In this document: positions 1 to 10,778 of the stretch, piece by piece
How positions within the stretch are numbered: position 1 is the first letter of the stretch
How the letters are laid out: every line of letters begins with the position of its first letter
NCBI RefSeq assembly: GCF_006345805.1
Contig: NW_021835463.1
Location: forward strand, 8,917 to 72,916
Reading direction: 5' to 3'
DNA: 64,000 nt
From: Octopus sinensis
Lineage: Eukaryota
Position numbers and translations under genes: made by a program
The notes under the pieces: generated by a model
Databases searched by the model: none
The model's input: only the letters and a program-made list of their open reading frames with translations
Told to the model about the DNA's origin: nothing

Positions 1-7
1 ATATATT

Positions 8-161
8 CGACAGGCTTCTTTCAGTTTCTGTCTATCAAATCCACTCACAAGGCTTTGGTCGGCCCGAGGCTATAGTAGAAGACACTTGCCATGCAGTGGG
101 ACTGAACCCAGAACCATGTGGTTGGTAAGCAAGCTACTTACCACACAGCCACTCCTGCACC
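8..161 (-). mobile_element. tRNA-derived SINE (Octopus-type), intronic
   Basis: Reverse complement begins GGTGCAGGAGTGGCTGTGTGGTAAGTAGCTTGCTTACC...GGGTTCAGTCCC (A-box-like and B-box-like). Same family as 2383-2534, 10617-10778, 16405-16525, ~28035-28198 and ~36452-36607. Confidence 0.8.
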
Positions 162-1748
162 TAATGTTGACTTTTATTTATGTTGGACAGTATAATATTT
201 ACTTTTTCTGTATAAATTTACTAAAACCATTAAATGGTTAACTACTTTTGAAATCTGACGTTCATGCTGGTAATCATGGTCCAGGCCATATTTTACATAT
301 TTTACTCGGTTGCGTAAAGTGTCATTCAAACTGATGTTTATTGGTAATTAAACTTAATTTGCAATACCTGTGTGTATTTATCAGCTTTGTTTTTGTTGGT
401 AATTCTTATCAACAACTTTTCCTGTGATTGTGGTTTGAGAAGACATACAGCAGTACGCTAAAGATCAGACATAATCTCTTGTGGGCAAGAAATGTAAAAT
501 AAAGTTTATTATAAATAACGCAAACCCTTTGTAATTTAATAGCTTTCAATGTGATACTGTTAAACAGAAATTATTTTTATTTAATGAAAATGTAATAAAA
601 TCTCATCATAAGTAAATGAAATTATGCTAAATGCAACTAAATTGTAAACCTTTTTCTCCTGGCTATATCGGCAATTCTGAAAACTTTTGGGTGCGAATTT
701 TACATGAGTAGAAGCTTTTTTAACAAATTTTATCCTGAAAATCACCTGCGTAAGTTACACAGGTTTGCAAATTCCATGGGTTTTTACGGTAATATAAAAC
801 TTAATCAGAAAATCTCACTGAAGTTCAATATCAGTTTCAAATTGTAGCACAAGGTCAGCAATTCCAGGGGAGGGGGCTAACTTGATTAAATCAATCCTAG
901 TACTCAACTGGTACTCATTTTATTGATGGAAGGCAAAGTTGACCTCAGAACCTGACGATGAATGAAATGCAGCTAAGAATTTTGCCTGACTTGGTAACAA
1001 TTCTGTACCAGTTCACTATCAATAAGCAGGTAGTGATAGCTAATGTTCCAAAGTTCATTGATAACAAGAAAACTTGTTTTTGATATTTTTCTTTATAGTT
1101 CAAAATCCAAATTAAAACACTCTAAACCACATTGCTTATAAGCAAACAACTAATTGTTAATGATCTTTTTCATATTTTCTCTTATGGTCACCTTGTAGCT
1201 GGAGAGTTTGCTTTGGCACTCCTTCACTACTTTCCTTTTATCTCCTCTACTATTCCCATCCACCTCCCTATATAACAGAGGTTAGCCATCTATCTCCTTT
1301 ATAGCAAGATGCCTGTGCTTGTCCCTCAATCCCCTCTCAAATACGCCCCATTTAGCAGTGTGAGTTTTTTTTCCTTTTCCTCTCCTTGTTCTTCTGTCTT
1401 GCAAGTTACTTGGTACATTCACACACACAAAAAGCACTCAACACACTCTGTAAAGTGGTTGGTGTTAGGAAGGGCATCAAACTGTAAAAACTGCCAAAAG
1501 CTGACATTGGAGCCCATTGTAGCCTTGTGGCTCACCAGATCCAGTCAAATTGCCCAACTCATGTCAGCATAGAAAGTGGATGTTAAATGACGAGGATGAT
1601 GATTATATCTATATGTATATGTATATGTGTCTGCTTCTTTACTCTAGAACATTAAAAATGTTCACTGCAAAATTTCTCTGTATTCACTTAACATTTCTTG
1701 AACTTCACCTCAATGTGTGTGTGTGTGTGTGTGTAAAACACCACACCA

Positions 1749-1918
1749 ATAGAATGTAGAAGGCAATCACTGTGCAGCGGAATCTTGTTTGGGAAAAATT
1801 TTCCTTCAATAGATTTTGTGTGTAAAACACCACACACACACACACACACAAAATCTATTGAAGGAAAATTTTTCCCAAACAAGATTCCGCTGCACAGTGA
1901 TTGCCTTCTACATTCTAT
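1749..1918. repeat. Perfect 75-bp inverted repeat with a 20-nt loop (intronic hairpin)
   Basis: 1749-1823 ATAGAATGTAGAAGGCAATCACTGTGCAGCGG...AGATTTTGTGTGT is the exact reverse complement of 1844-1918. Confidence 0.95.
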
Positions 1919-2024
1919 CAGAAATATATTAAAAAACTAAACTGTACACATCTTAAATATGTGACGGCTGCTGCTTCATGTGTTTGTACTAAAATATACA
2001 GATTTTGCATTTTTTACTTTTCAG

Positions 2025-2141
2025 GGGAGTTACATCTTGTTTCCTTAGCTCCTCTTACTAATATAGCCACTGCAATTACCTTAGATCCAGATTTTGGTTC
2101 AAAGCTCAAGAGTTGCTATATAATGGGCGGAAATTATAAAG
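2025..2141 (+). CDS. Internal exon of an inosine/uridine-preferring nucleoside hydrolase (IU-NH family); upstream exons lie outside the window
   Basis: Pyrimidine-rich acceptor tttttactttTCAG|G at 2024/2025 and donor AAAG|gtaatc at 2141/2142. Encodes (G)ELHLVSLAPLTNIATAITLDPDFGSKLKSCYIMGGNYK, with the NH motifs PLTNIA and IMGG. Ends in phase 1, matching the next exon. Confidence 0.9.
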
Positions 2142-2382
2142 GTAATCTTTCATTTGTTTTCAATCTTACTTTCATATTTTTCTTTTCTTTTTTTATTTAC
2201 CTTATTTTAATTCACCTTAATTCTGTATTTTATATTCATTTTGTTATCTTTTATCTTTTACTTGTTTCAGTCATTAGATTGTGGCCATCCTGGAACACCA
2301 CCTTGAAGAATTTTGGTTGAATGAATCATATTTTTTTAAAGTCTGGTACTTATTCTGTTGATTCTCAAGCAGTGATGGGGAA

Positions 2383-2534
2383 CAGTTTCCATCTACCAAA
2401 TCTACTCACAAGGCTTTAGACAGCTTGAGGTTATAGTCCAAGGTGCCATGTAGTGGGAATGAACTTGAAACCATGTGGTTGGAAACCTTGTGGTTGGGAA
2501 ACAAGCTTCTTACCACACAGTCACACCTGTGCCT
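2383..2534 (-). mobile_element. Degenerate tRNA-SINE copy
   Basis: cagtttccatctaccaaatctactcacaaggcttt...accatgtggttgg...cttaccacacagtcacacctgtgcc aligns by eye to the copy at 8-161. Confidence 0.7.
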
Positions 2535-3409
2535 AAACGTTATGTTCAATTTTTCTGCCTCAAAAAAGCACTGATAAAACATGCATATGATTAAAAGTGT
2601 CTTGTGACCATCACTTTTGTTTCCCAGACACTGGGCACCCAAGACCAATGTGTCCCTTTCAAAACAATAAGGTCTGATTTGAAAACAACTTGGCTGCTAT
2701 TTCTAGAAAGCTGATTCCCTCAGATGGCCTATGACATGTAGGGATTTCTTCATTTGATTGTGACATGTTGGTATTTTAAGTAGGGTGAAGTATATGCATC
2801 AATTTCATTACAGGAATATTAGAAAAACCATGTTATAACATCAGTTGTAATTATGTGTAGAGTTCACACACAGAATTGTTGAATCATGGATCAGTTCTTA
2901 CGTCACAACACTGCATCCTTCAAATATATCTTGCTTCCTGAAATTCACCAACACAGTTCCTGATGTGCATCCTTTCCTCTTTATCGTCCTTTTACTGTTC
3001 ACTACATGTGTCTATGTACTATGCATGCGATTTTGGCTGTCATAGCTCTTTTTCTTGACTTAGACATTTCTTTCTGTTCCTTCTTTTACTATTTTCCTGA
3101 TGAGTTGTGCATCTGAGCACTGTATAGCATATGCTCATTATTGCTATTATTATAATTATGTATCAAGACAACACCTTTCTCAACTGCACACACAACACTT
3201 CTTTGTGCTTTGTAATTATACTCACATAATTATTTCAACGATATCCAAATATAAGAAAACCTTCCCACTCAAGATATATTGTGAAAATGGATGTGGAATA
3301 ACCAAACCATTTTGCAGGCTATAAATCTAAAATGAAAACTCTACAAAGTGACTAAAAGCTATGAAGTGACTTAAACAGACGTTTTTTTCTTCTGTCATAT
3401 ATATTCCAG

Positions 3410-3546
3410 GAGTTGGCAACATATCAAGAAGTGCTGAGTTCAACTTTTACAATGACCCGGAAGCAGCAAGCATTGTTCTTAAGAAACTTTCTTGTCCAAT
3501 AACACTGATAACATGGGAACTATGCGAAGATTTAAAGCAACCTTCA
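3410..3546 (+). CDS. Internal exon of the nucleoside hydrolase (not in the ORF track)
   Basis: Acceptor ttccAG at 3408-3409 and donor TCA|gtaagt at 3546/3547. Manual translation gives [46 protein letters not shown], with the hallmark GN..AEFN...DPEAA motif. Phase 1 in, phase 0 out. Confidence 0.92.
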
Positions 3547-3829
3547 GTAAGTATCAGAAATTCAGGAATCAAATAATGGAAACGGATCTGTTGGTGCGGT
3601 TGTCAATTAGCTTCAGTTCTACTGCAGGGCATCTCAGGCAAAAACCTTCCACCACAGACTTCAGATGACCAATACTTTGTCCTTGTAAGTAGACGATGAG
3701 TGAATTTCTCAACCATGCAGCCATACCAGATTCATTCCTAAAGGATCCAACTCAGACCATTCCTATGAAGTCTATACCTCTACCACCCTTAGACACACTT
3801 AGAAAAAAAAAAAATAATTTCAGCATATA

Positions 3830-4655
3830 CAAGGTCTGATGAGCAAGTATCCAGACTGTTGCCATAGTAATGAAGCTAAAGCATGCAGAGTGAAGCTGCA
3901 TGGCAAAGATTGACCTTGAATTCTGCTGTGCATATGAGCACTGAGTTTTGATGTTCTCACTCACTTCTGCTGCTTACAGCAGTGCTTGGAAGGAAGGTAT
4001 GTAGCGTGTGTTCGTCACATTGACCATGACAAAGAAAATTGACATGGCAATACCTGCTCAGAGGTCTACACAAAGTTGTAGAAAGCGTATGAGTTGCACA
4101 CAAGTGTACAAGTGGTTCAGACGTTTCCAAGATGGCTGAAAAAATGTTGATATTGATGAATGCTCTGGGAGACCTGCAACCAGCAGAACTGAGAAAAATG
4201 TTGCAGATGTGTGTGTCGCTGTGAGGGGAAATTGTCAAATCACCATCCGTGAGTTATCAGAGGATGTGCAGATTATTTATGGTTCATTTCAGTCCATTAT
4301 CAATGAAGATTTGAGTATGAGACGTGTGTCTGCCAAGTTTGTGCTACAACTACTTTCAGCTGACCAAAAAGACATTTGGGTTTTAGTTGCACAAGATCTC
4401 CTTGATTCTGCTGAGAATGATGAAAACTTTTTGAAAACTTTTGGCAAAATTTGATGCAGATTCTCTGCTTAACTTTCACATCCTACACACCTTCCTTCCA
4501 AGCACTGCTGTAAACAATGGAAGTCATCGAGAATGTTAAAATTTGGTGCACATGCACTGCAGAGTTCAAGGTTAATCTGTACCAAGCGGCTTCACTCTGT
4601 GTGCTTTAGCTTTGTTACTATGGCAACAGTCCAGATACTTTTTGATCAGATCATG
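3830..4655 (+). mobile_element. Internally deleted mariner-type DNA transposon with long TIRs, in the NH intron
   Basis: TA|CAAGGTCTGATGAGCAAGTATCCAGACTGTTGCCATAGTAA... at the left and ...TTACTATGGCAACAGTCCAGATACTTTTTGATCAGATCATG|TA at the right give ~175-bp imperfect TIRs with TA target-site duplications. The core encodes a mariner HTH remnant (VYKWFRRFQDG*...SGRP...ITIRELSE...MRRVSAKFV). No DDD domain. Confidence 0.88.
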
Positions 4656-4966
4656 TATAGAATATACTCCTTATGTCTGTTGATAGCTGACAAAACACTA
4701 CATCCTTTAAATATTCCATACTTCCCAAAATTCACCAACACTACTCCTGACATGCCCATATACCCTTACCTTTTTATGGCTTTTTTACTGTTTACTTCTC
4801 CGTCTCATGTTTTATCCTGTGTGCTTTCCCTGTATTTCTCACTTCCATTGCTGTTTTTCTTTCTTTTTGCTTATGACTACTTTCTCTCCCCTCTTTTACC
4901 CTTTTTTACAACCGCTTTGTACAAAAATCTCATTTCTATTATCGTATTTGAATTTTCTTTTTATAG

Positions 4967-5293
4967 TCTTTTTTTGAAAAGCTGCTAATTCATCCTGGCA
5001 AGAAAACTGCTCTTATGCAAAAAGTCTTCAAAAATGCAATGAAACAGGCAGAGGCACGCCAACGTTATGCAGTAATGTGTGATGAACTAGCTATGGCAGC
5101 TATCGTGAACGATCAGTGTGTGTTAGACAGTGTGGAACTTTATGCAGAAGTAGAACTGAATGGATCTAAAACAAGAGGTCAAATGGTACCAGATTGGACA
5201 AACATAACAGGCAAGCCAAGTAATGTTCAGATTGTGACAAAAATGGATCTGAACATTGTGGTAGACATCTTGAAGAAATGTTATGATTTTTAA
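4967..5293 (+). CDS. Nucleoside hydrolase terminal exon, copy A (108 aa + TAA)
   Basis: Acceptor ttttctttttatAG at 4965-4966, phase 0, in frame with ORF 5015..5293: SFFEKLLIHPGKKTALMQKVF...MCDELAMAA...VELNGSKTRGQMVPDW...CYDF*. VE..G..TRG.V.DW is the NH C-terminal motif. Confidence 0.88.
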   Translation, partial: SFFEKLLIHPGKKTALMQKVFKNAMKQAEARQRYAVMCDELAMAAIVNDQCVLDSVELYAEVELNGSKTRGQMVPDWTNITGKPSNVQIVTKMDLNIVVDILKKCYDF

Positions 5294-5767
5294 ACCACAA
5301 ACACTATACATGCATGCATACCCTTCTGATGTTACGTGACGATTATATACAATGACATTGTCATACAAATGGTCTCTTACATTTCCAGTTTTCTGGGAAA
5401 ACATGAATCTCATTGTTCTGATGCAAGCATGGAAGAGTGAACTTTATGATGATGATGATGTTGATACATTGAAACAAGTGTGTGTGTGTGTGTGCATATG
5501 TTCCTTATGCATTCTAAAACCGAGTTGCCAATTTTGATGTATGGGGTATCAAAAGATTCAGTACTATTTCCACTACCAACTAAACTTTATGTTCATTGAC
5601 ATATTTCCATTACAAAAACTTAAAATTATAATCTTTTCCATAACTCAAATATCGGAAATATTTTATACAACGACGATGACGTCACATTTTCTATATGAGT
5701 GTCTACCTTAAAAGGCATCCATCATTACGACACACACCTCCATTCACTCACTCTATCTCTCTCTCTT

Positions 5768-5798
<31 letters not shown>

Positions 5799-7289
5799 AA
5801 TCCATTTCATATACATGTACATACATCTTTCACCTCATTTCCTCCACTCTCTGCTCTCTCTCTCCCCTTTTCACTTTCGCTTTTCTTTCAATTTCTGCTC
5901 TCTTCAAGCTTAAAGAAATTAATTTTTACAGAATGACCAAGTGAAACACAGAATGAGAAAAAGATAGAGACACAAGAGAAAGAAACAGAGACAGGAAACA
6001 AGTTTCTATAGAAGTTGAAAGATGGGTGAAAGGGAGATGCTGGTGTTTCATACCCTATGTATGTTCTATTGTTGTAAGTGAAAGAAAGCCAGCACAAAAT
6101 TGATACTGTATGTTCTATAGGTGAAGGTGAAAGAAAGCGACACAAAGAGAGGGGGAAAGCAGGAGAAAAGGAGTAGCCAAACCCCCAGAAATGAGGTCAT
6201 GTCGTACAATTTTAAGGTCATTTTCACTTTCGTCCTATGTTTCCCACATGCATAGAATTTGGCATTATCTTTGTCTTTCAATTTCTCATTAAAATGTACG
6301 GAGACCTTCTGCTGTTAACATATTACAACTACACTACTTTTTCTTCCTTTAGAATTACAAAAGGTATGCAAAAGTAACTTCCTTTGGCACACAGTTAAAG
6401 TTCTGTATGAATTATGTTATTTTTTGCTGTGCAATAAATTACAGCTCAAATTCTATGGAAATTACCTTTTCCTATTCTATCATTCCTGTTTGTGATGTGC
6501 ATATTCCAAAACCTGATTTTCCATTTAAACATACAAGCAGGTTATCTCAGAAATCCTGTCCTTTACCTGTTGTTTCTAGCATGTCTGAGATGACATTTGC
6601 ATACCCCCACCCCCACCACCATTTACTTATTTCTTTCTTCAATTTACCTACATTTCTGTTTTCCATACAGGAGATTTCAATTTCGCCTGAAAGCAGGTAG
6701 CTGATGGGTGACCGAGGTAGGGGAAGGGGCATTTAATATTTCTTTCAGAAAAATTAAATTTTCAAAAACAAATTATATTTCCCACATTCGTAATCTCTGT
6801 ATTTTATCACTTGCATAAAAAAACAAAATTCGAAAAACAGTTCAAAATTAGGAAATTTCGATGGGGAGGGGGGAAATTATAATTTTGAAAACATGATTTC
6901 TGGCCAAAATCATATTAACCCCTTTTTACTCCATGAAACAATACATAGTTTGTGATCCTTCTTGAGAACACAAATCACTTTCATGCAAATTGTAACCCTC
7001 CCCGCCCCCACTTCACTTCTGGACAAACAATAACTTCCATTAAGCCAGTAATCCACTCCACTATATATCAACTAACAGAATGCATTATGCTTATCAAGAC
7101 AGAGTAAAGCCAGATCATTCACAGTTTACCGCTTCTTCTCATAAATAGCAGCATACAAATTGACATATTAATTTTTGCATATCTTTTCATTTGTTACTAA
7201 AAAATCAAATTATACAATGCACAACTTCAAATTGCTATGTCTTCCATTTTATATGTTCCTTAATTGTTCACTCTTTTCAGCCATGCTGC

Positions 7290-8870
7290 CAAAATGAAGA
7301 CATTCTCATTTATCTCCTCAAACAAGGGCCACAAAGAAAACTGCCTCTATTTGTGCTCAGGAAAACTCACTTCAGCGATGCCCAAATATGTAATATTTCA
7401 AAACGATCACTGACGGCAGAGATTTTGCTCTAAATTACACTTATTGACTGGGATGAATGCATAATGGCACACCATGATGCACTAGAAGCCCTAGATAAGC
7501 CGCTAAGGGATATTAGAAACAATACTGCCATTATAGGGGTGGGGGGCTTAACTGTTGTTCTTGCAGGGGATTTCAAATATTACCAGTCATACTACAGGGT
7601 ACACGAGCTGATGGCATCCATGTGTGTCTGAAGTTTTCACCTCTGTGGAGGTTTGTTTGTCAGCTTTCATTAAGCAGCAATATGTGAGCTCACCTCTACA
7701 ATGACCCCTTAGCTGAGGAATTCTTTCATCAACATAGACAAATTTGAATTGGTGCCTTACCATTGAATAACATCTTGCAACAGCATGTGCTGCAATATGG
7801 GCACATGGTGTCTACATTGGCTGAGCTTAAAGAAAATGTATTTCTCACATTGCAACACAACTTCAAAAACATAGCATGGTTCACAAATAGAGCTATTTTA
7901 ACACCTTGAAATGAAAGCATTGATAAAATAATCCATGAACTCCCCCACATTCTACCTGGAGATGCTTCAACGTTTGTTTCCATTGATACTACCATAAATG
8001 AACATGCCACTGTTGAGCATCCAGTTGAATTTCTCTCTCTCTACAACCCACAGGACTGCCACTGCATTAGTTGTTCCTAAAGAAAGGTGCACCTATCATG
8101 CTCTTGAGGAATTTCGATCCACCACAACTATGCAATGGTACAAGATTGACTGTATCTCCAATGACAAGTCATGTCCTACAAGCAACCATTATTGCTGGCT
8201 GTCATCGAGAAGAGATTGCATACATTCCATGCATGCTCCTCATTCCTTCAAATGTGCCATTTCAGTTCAAGTGCCTCCAGTTCCTGGCGCGATTATGCTT
8301 CGCTATGACAATCAACAAAGCCCAGGATCAAACTTTAAAAATTATGGGTCTCAATTTACAACTACCCTGCTTTTCTCATGGACAACTATATGTCACATGC
8401 TCACAAGTTAGCAGTGCAGATGACTTGTTCATTTATTCTCTCAATACTTGGCTTATGCAAAACATAGTTTACCCAGAAGCATTTCACTTAACACATGTTG
8501 AAGTGTGCTGTCTGCCCAAACATTAGAGATGATGCTTTTCACAATGAAGCAGCTTTCTTTCCATGTACCTTACTTTCTGCAATGCAGATACCTATACATC
8601 CTCATACGTCATCCAATTCTTTAAATCCGTAAGTGTAAGTCATTTTGAGGGCAATATTAGGATTTCATTCTAATTTAAGCTGCCATTCTACATGTTTTTG
8701 GTGTCAACAATTTCAGCATTGTTCTTCACAAAATGACCGAAAAACAAGTTTATAAAGAAGAGTTGTTTGTTTCACATTCCTTGAGTGCTGATTCTGCCCA
8801 TAAGAAAGAAACAAATAATACAATGTGGCTGTAAGTCATAACATCCAGGCAACACCGGGATGCATTGCTA

Positions 8871-8871
<1 letters not shown>
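7290..8871 (+). mobile_element. Decayed Helitron (PIF1-like helicase remnant and 3' terminus)
   Basis: Frameshifted helicase motifs: DECIMAH..ALEALD..LRDI, VVLAGDF (~7450-7575), LKKGAPIMLLRN...LCNGTRL, FAMTINKAQ.QT...FSHGQLYV (8071-8526). 3' end CCAGGCAACACCGGG hairpin then CTAG|T at 8868-8872. The 5' boundary is not resolved. Confidence 0.85.
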
Positions 8872-8910
<39 letters not shown>

Positions 8911-9256
8911 ATGAAAATCATTTTAGCATTTATGACTTATGAAAAAATTTCTATACACTCAGAATTATGAAAGCTGTCAGGACACTACACAAGCCTCAAA
9001 GATTCCATGCTTCCCAAAATTCACCAACACTACTCCTGACATACCCATATACCCTTTCTTTTTATGGCTTTTTTACTGTTTATTTTTCAGGCTTTTTGTG
9101 TTGTATCTTGTGTGCAAACCATGTATTTGTTACTTTCTTTGCTGTCTTTGACTCATGGCTGCCCTCAGTCCTCTCTTTTACTCTTTCTTGACCGCTTGTA
9201 GTGCACTTCATGCAAAGAAGCTCATTTCTGTTATCTCTTTCGAATTTTTTTTTCAG

Positions 9257-9580
9257 TCTTTTCTTAAGAATCAGCTATCACTTCCTGGCAAGAAAGCTGC
9301 CTTTATGCAAAAAATCTACAAAAGTACAATGGAACGGATAGACAAAGACCAAAGCTATATATTGTGTGATGAACTAACTGTGGCTGCTATCATGAACGAT
9401 CAGTGTGTGTTAGACAGTGTGGAACTTTATGCGGAAGTAGAACTAGATGGATCTATAACAAGAGGTCAAATGGTACCAGACTGGAGAAACAGAATGGGCA
9501 AAGCAAGCAATGTTCGGATTGTGACAAAAATGGATATGAACATTGTAGTAGACATCTTGAAGAAATGTTATGATTTTTGA
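9257..9580 (+). CDS. Nucleoside hydrolase terminal exon, copy B (107 aa + TGA); probable alternative last exon
   Basis: Acceptor tttttttttcAG at 9255-9256, phase 0, uninterrupted: SFLKNQLSLPGKKAAFMQKIY...LCDELTVAA...VELDGSITRGQMVPDW...CYDF*. Paralogous to 4967-5293, including flanking intron and 3'UTR. Confidence 0.8.
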   Translation, partial: SFLKNQLSLPGKKAAFMQKIYKSTMERIDKDQSYILCDELTVAAIMNDQCVLDSVELYAEVELDGSITRGQMVPDWRNRMGKASNVRIVTKMDMNIVVDILKKCYDF

Positions 9581-9867
9581 ATCACAGACATTATACGTGT
9601 GTGTGTAACCTTCTCCTGATGACACATGACAGTTGTAAATAGCATTGTCATACAGGTGGTGTCTTTCATTTCCAGTCTTCTGTGAAAACATGTCTGATCA
9701 TGGAGAAATTATTACCTTGCTCGGAGACAGGTGAGAGTTAAGCATTTGAAAGGCATCCAGCCATAGAAACTTTGTCTCAATGAATCCCATTGAACTCATG
9801 GAAGCATGGAGAAGCAGACATTATAATGATGATGATACATTGAAACAAGTGTGTGTGTTTGTGTGGG

Positions 9868-9873
9868 AATAAA
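9868..9873 (+). terminator. Candidate polyadenylation signal (AATAAA) for terminal exon B
   Basis: AATAAA about 290 nt after the stop codon, just past the end of the duplicated 3'UTR. Chance occurrence is plausible in AT-rich DNA. Confidence 0.4.
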
Positions 9874-10616
9874 ATGGAAAATGTTAAAAGATTTGGTCTG
9901 AAATTTTATTTAATTTTTATTTTAAAATATATTGGAGAATTCATATTGGTGGCCAAGGCTCTTAAAAGCCCAGTCCTCCATATATGTATCTAGGGTAGGT
10001 AGGTAATGTAAAAATGTAAAATTCATTTCCAGAAGCAGCATTGGAAGCACTGTCAAATTAAATATTTTGCAAGATTTTAAAGAAACCAGGGTTTCATCTC
10101 TTCCCGTGGATTTAATTTCTAGAGGAATGGATTCTGTCAATTTGATATTCTCTAGTTACAGAGCATGAGGGTCTCCAGAAACTAGGTGATGACGTTCAAT
10201 CTAGCAATGATTAAGTCCACCAACAAATAATTACTTTTGATTTATGCTCCAAGATATTCCAGCCATGGCTGTCCCATTTTTAATTCAGGCACAATTTTTG
10301 TTGGCCTGTATTGTTTAATGTGTTGTTCTTGTTTTGTAAATTGTAAGATGTGATGAGATGGAGATTTGACAGCTACTTCTAGCAGGTCATGCAACCACAC
10401 TGCAACACTGGAGTTCTCATCTCTGAATGTAGAGGAAATTGGTGAAGCAAGTAAAGGATTAGATGAATCATTCAAGAAACAGCGGTCCAAATCTAATAAT
10501 GGTTTTACATTTTGAGAGAAAATCTAAAATGGAAACCCACAGATTACTGAAGCATTGTGTTCCTTAAAATCTTGTCATAATGTGGAATTCCATAATGCAT
10601 CATTTCAACAGCTAAG

Positions 10617-10778
10617 ACACAGGAGTGGTTGTGTGATAAGTAGCTTGCTTACCAACCACATGGTTCCAGGTTCAGCCCCACTGGGTGGCACCTTGGGCAA
10701 GTGTCTTCTACTATAACCTCGGGCCGACCAAAGCCTTGTAAGTGGATTTGGTAGACAGAAACTGAAAGAAGCTCGTCA
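10617..10778 (+). mobile_element. tRNA-SINE copy abutting the 3' end of a LINE
   Basis: ggagtggttgtgtgataagtagcttgcttaccaaccacatggttccaggttcagcccc...gaaactgaaagaagctcgtc; same family as 8-161, opposite orientation. Confidence 0.82.

Noticed and set aside
1901-2320. 139-aa ORF as a stand-alone membrane protein
   Set aside because: Only 2025-2141 is exon; the hydrophobic tail is T-rich intron read-through.
8071-8526. Host PIF1 helicase gene (telomere-related)
   Set aside because: Intronless, frameshifted and followed by a Helitron-type hairpin-CTAG end; it is a transposon remnant.
10617-10700. tRNA gene
   Set aside because: The A/B-box-like head continues into a SINE body that is repeated many times in the window; no convincing cloverleaf.
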